Shown piece after piece: positions 59,063 through 64,000 of a stretch of DNA of 64,000 nucleotides. Position numbers and translations under genes: made by a program. The DNA lies in the NCBI GenBank assembly GCA_965228855.1, contig CBDDIJ010000002.1:160001-224000 (forward strand), read 5' to 3'. The notes under the pieces are model-generated. The model saw only the letters and a program-made list of their open reading frames with translations, was not told the origin of the DNA and did no database searches. Numbering within the stretch: the stretch's first letter is position 1; each line of letters starts with the position of its first letter. The stretch is from Candidatus Obscuribacterales bacterium (lineage in GTDB: Bacteria; Cyanobacteriota; Vampirovibrionia; Obscuribacterales; Obscuribacteraceae).

Positions 59063-59114
59063 TGTCTACGAGAGAATGACGGAATTCGCCAAATCCGTCG
59101 CTCTCTCGTAGACA
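59063..59114. repeat. 52-bp four-box element, copy R13
   Basis: TGTCTA cgagaga ATGACG gaattcgccaaatc CGTCGC tctctcg TAGACA. Confidence 0.9.
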
Positions 59115-59133
59115 CCGCATACGAGCGGCAAGC

Positions 59134-59285
59134 ACAAGCGACCCAAAATCCGCTCAAGGCAAAGCATTACGGACACCATATATACGCTCTCATATAGTAG
59201 TAATTCTTGTCGGCAAGTACAAGCGGCCCAAAATCCTTTCAAGGCAAGGCATTACGGACAACACTTATACGCTCTCATATAGTAG
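59134..59285. repeat. 85-bp-period duplication ending in ATATAGTAG
   Basis: ACAAGCG.CCCAAAATCC..TCAAGGCAA.GCATTACGGACA...TATACGCTCTCATATAGTAG occurs twice. Confidence 0.88.
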
Positions 59286-59364
59286 CCAGAGTTGGAAAAG
59301 TGACAGGCACAGGCACGCGATGAGATTTCACCGCGCGCCTGCATCTGTCTAGTGTTCAGTCAGT

Positions 59365-60171
59365 TCACGCGGGAACGACCTGCGCCTCGACCTGCGAGAC
59401 GAGGAATTCCTGCGCGCGCTTGCGAGCCTGCTGGAAGGCGCCGCCGGCGATCGAGAGGGCGAGGTTGCGAACCTGAGCGGGTTCGTCGACGCCCATGCGC
59501 TTCACGACCTCGCCGCCGAAGTCGGAGTAGGCGCTGCCGAGGGAGCGCTCGAAGGCCGCCCATTCGTTCTTCAGGCGCTCGGGCATGTTCGGGTCCTGGA
59601 CGCCGGCGGTGCGCGCCAGGAAGTCGTCGAAGCTGAGTTCGGCGCTGTAGCCCTTCACCGCTTCCTGGAACCAGTGGAGGCCACCGGTGATGTTCTGCAG
59701 GAAGGCACCATGCGCGGTGGCGAGGGCGAAGATGACGTTCTGCCCGCCGACCACGACGATGGCGTCCGGCGAGGAGGAATCGAACTGAGCCTCGAACTGC
59801 GAGACCAGGAATTCCTGCGCCCGGCTGCGAGCCTGACGGAAGGCGCCGCCGGCGATCGAGAGCGCGAGGTTGCGCACCTGAGCCGGTTCGTCGACGCCCA
59901 TGCGCTTCACGACCTCGCCACCGAATTCGGTGTAGGCGTTGCGCAGGGTCTTGGCGAAGGCCGACCATTCGTTCTTCAGGCGCTCGGGCATGTTGGAGTC
60001 GTCGACGATGAGCGCGTTGCGCGAGTTGAACTCGTCGTCGAAGCTCATCTCGGCGCTGTAGCCCTTGACCGCTTCCTGGAACCAGTGAAACATGCCGGTG
60101 ACGTTCTGCAGGAAGGCACCGTGGGCGGTGGCGATGGCGACGGTGTTCTGCTGAGCGATTTCGAGGTTCAT
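59365..60171 (-). CDS. Hypothetical protein made of two near-identical ~125-aa helical domains
   Basis: ATAHGAFLQN.TG..HWFQEAVKGYSAE...NMPERLKNEW...FGGEVVKRMGVDEPAQVRNLALSIAGGAF occurs twice; start MNLEIAQQ. Confidence 0.85.
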   Translation of the reverse strand: MNLEIAQQNTVAIATAHGAFLQNVTGMFHWFQEAVKGYSAEMSFDDEFNSRNALIVDDSNMPERLKNEWSAFAKTLRNAYTEFGGEVVKRMGVDEPAQVRNLALSIAGGAFRQARSRAQEFLVSQFEAQFDSSSPDAIVVVGGQNVIFALATAHGAFLQNITGGLHWFQEAVKGYSAELSFDDFLARTAGVQDPNMPERLKNEWAAFERSLGSAYSDFGGEVVKRMGVDEPAQVRNLALSIAGGAFQQARKRAQEFLVSQVEAQVVPA

Positions 60172-60374
60172 AGAAGTACCTTTCAAAGAGTTTCGTGGAG
60201 GATGCGCCGTCATTGACGAGCGCGTTGAAAGTCCCTGTCGGACAGGGCGGATTCGTCGGTTCAAGCCGACGAACATTGTCCGCCCTGTCCCTGAGCGCTG
60301 AGGGATGATCCTCGAGAGCCTGTTGCCAGGCTGTGTTGTGCATCGAGCGCAGGCTGTTTCCAACCTGAGACCGA

Positions 60375-62429
60375 TTACTCCTCGTTTTCGGCCAGGTGCT
60401 TGGCGTAGTCCGCGGAGGTCCAGAGCTTGTAGCCGCCGAGACCGTCGAGCTCGAGCACCGTGTCGTGATGGTGCACGAGAGTCGGCCGGTGACCCACGCT
60501 CATGAAGCTCGTGCCGTTCTTGCGCAGGAGCTTGTACACCATCGCCTCGTTCTTGACGTCGAGGGCGCTGGTGGCTTCGTCCAGAATCGCGACCTTGGGC
60601 TTGAAGACGACCAGACGCGCAAGCGCCAGCCGCTGCTGCTCACCGGGCGAGAAGATGTCCTGCCAGTTGAGTTCGGCATCGAACACTTCCGCGTCGCTGA
60701 TGGTCTGCCCGTCGACGCCGCGCATCTTGGAGAGCGCTTCGCGAACGTTCGAGACCACGTTCGGCAGATTCACCAACTGAAGAATCGACTTCAGCTCCTC
60801 GACCGAGACCTGGGTCTCGACGTTCGGATAGGTGATCTGCTCACGCAGCGAGCCCAGCGTCATGTAGGGCTTCTGCGAGAGGAACAGCATGTTGTTGATC
60901 CCCTTGCGCTGCTCCGGACGCGTCACGGTACCGCGACCATTGGTCCACAGACCGGCGTTGACACGCAGGAGGGACGACTTGCCGCAGCCGGACGGACCGA
61001 CGATGAGCAGCGAACCGCCCTCCGGAACCTCGAAGCTGAGGTCGGTGGCGAAGGTGCGAGCACCATCGGGAGTGCGGAGCGTAACCTTGTCGAACTTGAC
61101 GTTGTCACCGAACTGGGTGACGATGCGCTCCTCGGATTCATCGACGACCGGCTTTTCGAGCGCCTCGACGAAGGTGCCGATACGGTTGACGTTGGCCGCG
61201 AACTTGGCGATCGAGGTGAACTCAGAGATGATCACTTCGAGCGAGCTCAGCACCATGCGGAAGGCGAAGGTCGCCTTCGTGATGGCGCCGACGTCGATCT
61301 CGCCGCGGAAGTAGAGCGGAGCGAGGAAGAGCGACGGGACGATGATCACCACGTAGTCGAAGCCGGTGGTGAAGAAGCCCAGGTTACGCGACGAACCGAT
61401 CAGGCGGCGGTAGTTGGTATACAGCGAAGCGAAGCGCCCCTTCGACTGCTCGAGCTCCTTGGTCTCACCGCCGTAGAAAGCGATGGACTCGGTGTTCTCG
61501 CGCGTGCGGGTGAGGCTGAAGCGGAAGTTCGCTTCGTAGCGCAGCTGGAGACCGTTGAGGGACGCCAGCTTGCGACCGAGCCACCAGGTGATGCCCGTGC
61601 CGACGAGCGAGTAGCCGATGACGACCCAGGTGAGGTCCTTGCTCATGCCCCAGAGTTCGCCCGAGAACGCGACCAGCGTGATGAGCGCGCCGAGGATGGT
61701 GAGCAGGAGCGCCAGAGCGGCGTCGCAGAAGTTGCGGACGTCTTCGTGAACGCGTTCGTCCGGGTTGTCGATGTCGGCGCGGCCGTTGATGTAGTAGTAC
61801 GCGCGAGTCGACGCGGAGAAGTACTTCTCGGCGAGGTGGAAGGTCAGCCAGCGACGCCAGTGAGCGCCGAGGACTGCGCGCACCCAGCGGTTCGTGCCGA
61901 CGATCGGAATCGCGACGATGAACACGAGGGCGTAGGCATAGAGCCACTTCCAGTATTCGACTTCGTTCTTGCTGTTGAGCGCGGTCGTGAACATCTGCGA
62001 GACGTTACCGATGACCACGTTCATCACGTTGACGACGACGATGAAGCCGAGAACGATGATGAGCAGCGACCAGCCGGTGAAGCGAGCCGAGCTCTTGTTC
62101 ATGGTCTCGGCAGGCGGCGAGTCGAGCCCCCATTTCTTGCCGAAGTACCACGCGCCGAAGGCGGAGACGAGGATGGCGACGACGCCGTGCACCCAGTAGG
62201 TATTGACGGCGGCGAGCATGGCGGGAGCATCGATCGAACCCATCCAGCCGAGAACAGTCGCCTTACCGAAAGCGACCGCGACGTTGAGCCCGAACACGGT
62301 CGCGATGCAGATCGCGAGCGCAGCCAGACCCCAGAACCAGTTCCACTTGAAGTTGCCGAGCCAGTACGGCTGGCCGACGAGGCGAAGACGGCGGAGGAAG
62401 GTACCCCCACCAAGACCGTTTTCTACCAT
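60375..62429 (-). CDS. Second fused ABC transporter, YddA/BacA-like (ABCD subfamily)
   Basis: DNPDERVHED, EANFRF, ESIAFY, GPSGCGKS, FSPGEQQR, LDEATSALD and SVGHR. Confidence 0.93.
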   Translation of the reverse strand: MVENGLGGGTFLRRLRLVGQPYWLGNFKWNWFWGLAALAICIATVFGLNVAVAFGKATVLGWMGSIDAPAMLAAVNTYWVHGVVAILVSAFGAWYFGKKWGLDSPPAETMNKSSARFTGWSLLIIVLGFIVVVNVMNVVIGNVSQMFTTALNSKNEVEYWKWLYAYALVFIVAIPIVGTNRWVRAVLGAHWRRWLTFHLAEKYFSASTRAYYYINGRADIDNPDERVHEDVRNFCDAALALLLTILGALITLVAFSGELWGMSKDLTWVVIGYSLVGTGITWWLGRKLASLNGLQLRYEANFRFSLTRTRENTESIAFYGGETKELEQSKGRFASLYTNYRRLIGSSRNLGFFTTGFDYVVIIVPSLFLAPLYFRGEIDVGAITKATFAFRMVLSSLEVIISEFTSIAKFAANVNRIGTFVEALEKPVVDESEERIVTQFGDNVKFDKVTLRTPDGARTFATDLSFEVPEGGSLLIVGPSGCGKSSLLRVNAGLWTNGRGTVTRPEQRKGINNMLFLSQKPYMTLGSLREQITYPNVETQVSVEELKSILQLVNLPNVVSNVREALSKMRGVDGQTISDAEVFDAELNWQDIFSPGEQQRLALARLVVFKPKVAILDEATSALDVKNEAMVYKLLRKNGTSFMSVGHRPTLVHHHDTVLELDGLGGYKLWTSADYAKHLAENEE

Positions 62430-62961
62430 GATGAACCCCTTTCACGGGTTGAGAGAAAGTTTGAACGTGCCGAAGGCACATCCGTGCAAGCTCAATCAGC
62501 ATGTGAAGCTGAACAAAAGGCGCCGAGTTGTTGTAGAAGTGTTTTTTTCTCGGTAAATCGACTTCTCGCTGAAGCAGGTGAGCTGTTGACAACTCACCTT
62601 ATCTCCGCGCCTGTAGGGGATCAAAGCTAATAAGGTATGTAAACTCAGTTAAGCATTATTACGAACATCTTCAAGAGCCAACAGAATGGAGCTTTTGATA
62701 TCGAAACCTCTTTTGGGCCGAAACCGTTTCCGCCAATTCGATAACATTAAACGCGTCAAGAGACGCAAAAAACTCCGTCGCGAGGCTAGCGATAAGCGGT
62801 TCGGTCCAGCGCGTTTTTGTGACGTTTTAGGGTTCGCGCGAGCTTGGTGTTTAATCAAGCTAGTGATATCAGGTGATGTCTCACACCACATCTAGTGGCG
62901 CGCTGCCAGAGTCTTTACAGATGTGTGCGGATCGTCGTGACACGGCGGTCTAGAGTCGGTT

Positions 62962-63013
62962 CGTCAATGAGACAGCGACGGAATCCGCTAAATCCGTCGC
63001 TCTGGGATTGACA
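62962..63013. repeat. 52-bp four-box element, copy R14 (a partial copy follows at ~63036)
   Basis: CGTCAA tgagaca GCGACG gaatccgctaaatc CGTCGC tctggga TTGACA. Confidence 0.85.
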
Positions 63014-63212
63014 GGCGGGAGCTAGAGTCGGTTCGAATGAGACAGCGACGGACTGTTTTACTATCTTTTATGGTAGTCGTTCAAAAAGGGGCAAATTCGC
63101 AGAATGTGAGGTCTGCGAATCTGCTGTTTGTCAGTGTCGACGAGCTGTTCCAGACAGCGAGCGCCACCAATCCGGCGATACCAGATTTGGTGACACTCGC
63201 TGTTGAAACCGC

Positions 63213-63869
63213 TTACGCCCTCGCCGGCAGACCGAGCTTGGCGCGAATCTGATCGGTCGTCAGACGCGGGCGCGAGTTGTCCGTGGAGAGCGCCGTGCGC
63301 ACGAGCGTACGCTTGGTGATGCGCACGACCTCGACGATGTGCCCGGTGCGCCCCTGGCGGATGAGGTTGGCGGGAAGCTGCTCGCCGTACCGGTTGCGGT
63401 CACGGTTACGGCGGCGGCGGGGCTTGGACGAGCCGTCCTCGGCGTGAATGTCACGCTTGCGGGACTCGTGCGTGCTCGTCACCGGCTTCGCCCTGAAGGC
63501 GAGGCGGGAGGAGCGCTCGCGCGAATACTCCTCGAGCCCATCGACGATCGCCTGCTCCGCGGCGCGCTTCTCGTTGCGCGCGCGGATGCGGTACTCGATG
63601 TCGTTCTCGCCGCGCAGAGCCTCGCGCCGCTTGCGGTTGCCAGCGTCGCCGCCGAAGCGCCCGTGCACGCGACGGAAGAGCACCGTCTCGAAGCCGAGGA
63701 AGCTCGTGATGCGACCGCACGCCTGGAAGCGGTTCGGGTTGACGGTGTCGAGCGAGATCACGTCCATCGAGGACTCCTTGTTGTCGTTGTCGAAGAACAG
63801 CGCGGCGAGGACACCGTCATCCATCGAACGGATGGCGGCGGCAGTCAGCGCGAGGGAGCGATTGGTCAT
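63213..63869 (-). CDS. Arg-rich hypothetical protein
   Basis: GGAGG RBS; extreme GC3 bias. Confidence 0.75.
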   Translation of the reverse strand: MTNRSLALTAAAIRSMDDGVLAALFFDNDNKESSMDVISLDTVNPNRFQACGRITSFLGFETVLFRRVHGRFGGDAGNRKRREALRGENDIEYRIRARNEKRAAEQAIVDGLEEYSRERSSRLAFRAKPVTSTHESRKRDIHAEDGSSKPRRRRNRDRNRYGEQLPANLIRQGRTGHIVEVVRITKRTLVRTALSTDNSRPRLTTDQIRAKLGLPARA

Positions 63870-64000
63870 TCAGAAACCTCCAAAAGGAGTTGATGAAAAC
63901 ACTTCTGTCGACCGCAGTCGAGCAGAAGCAGCGAGTTGCCATTCGAAGAGACGCCACCAGATTTGGTGGCGTCTCTTTAGTGTCGACCGAGGTCGACTTA

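Noticed and set aside
62430..62640. Cobalamin riboswitch upstream of the ABCD transporters (also 29150-29450)
   Set aside because: Hairpins are present but I could not find the B12-box or core motifs; needs an Rfam search.
5910..63013. 52-bp elements as canonical integron attC sites
   Set aside because: No RYYYAAC/GTTRRRY ends, no integrase in the window, and the genes are not a co-oriented compact array. Only the two-simple-site geometry is analogous.

Overview
Bacterial chromosomal window with about 50 genes. They are mostly unlinked housekeeping or accessory enzymes: CCA-adding enzyme, MFS, cyanophycinase, glycogen debranching enzyme, serpin, thioesterase, histidine phosphatase, two YddA/ABCD-type fused ABC transporters, CocE/NonD hydrolase, HAMP-PAS kinase and OmpR regulator, M28 peptidase, patatin, two Zn-dehydrogenases, HAD, DHH and EEP proteins, plus many orphans. 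The gene content is suggestive of a non-photosynthetic cyanobacterial relative (Melainabacteria/Obscuribacterales-like), but this is only an inference. The main result is a complete IS110 (IS621-like) element at 37206-38470 whose bridge-RNA system can be read directly from the sequence. It has a target-binding loop matching its insertion site, a donor-binding loop matching its own ends, and a TTGACA-17-TACGTT promoter formed only on circularisation. The element sits inside one of 14 copies of an exactly 52-bp, four-box intergenic element that I do not recognise. These copies mostly lie at gene 3' ends, are usually flanked at about 70-100 bp by inverted CTACTA/TAGTAG motifs, and share a 33-bp site periodicity with a second motif family (TGCAA-N6-TTGCA quartets). 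No rRNA, tRNA or CRISPR array was recognised.
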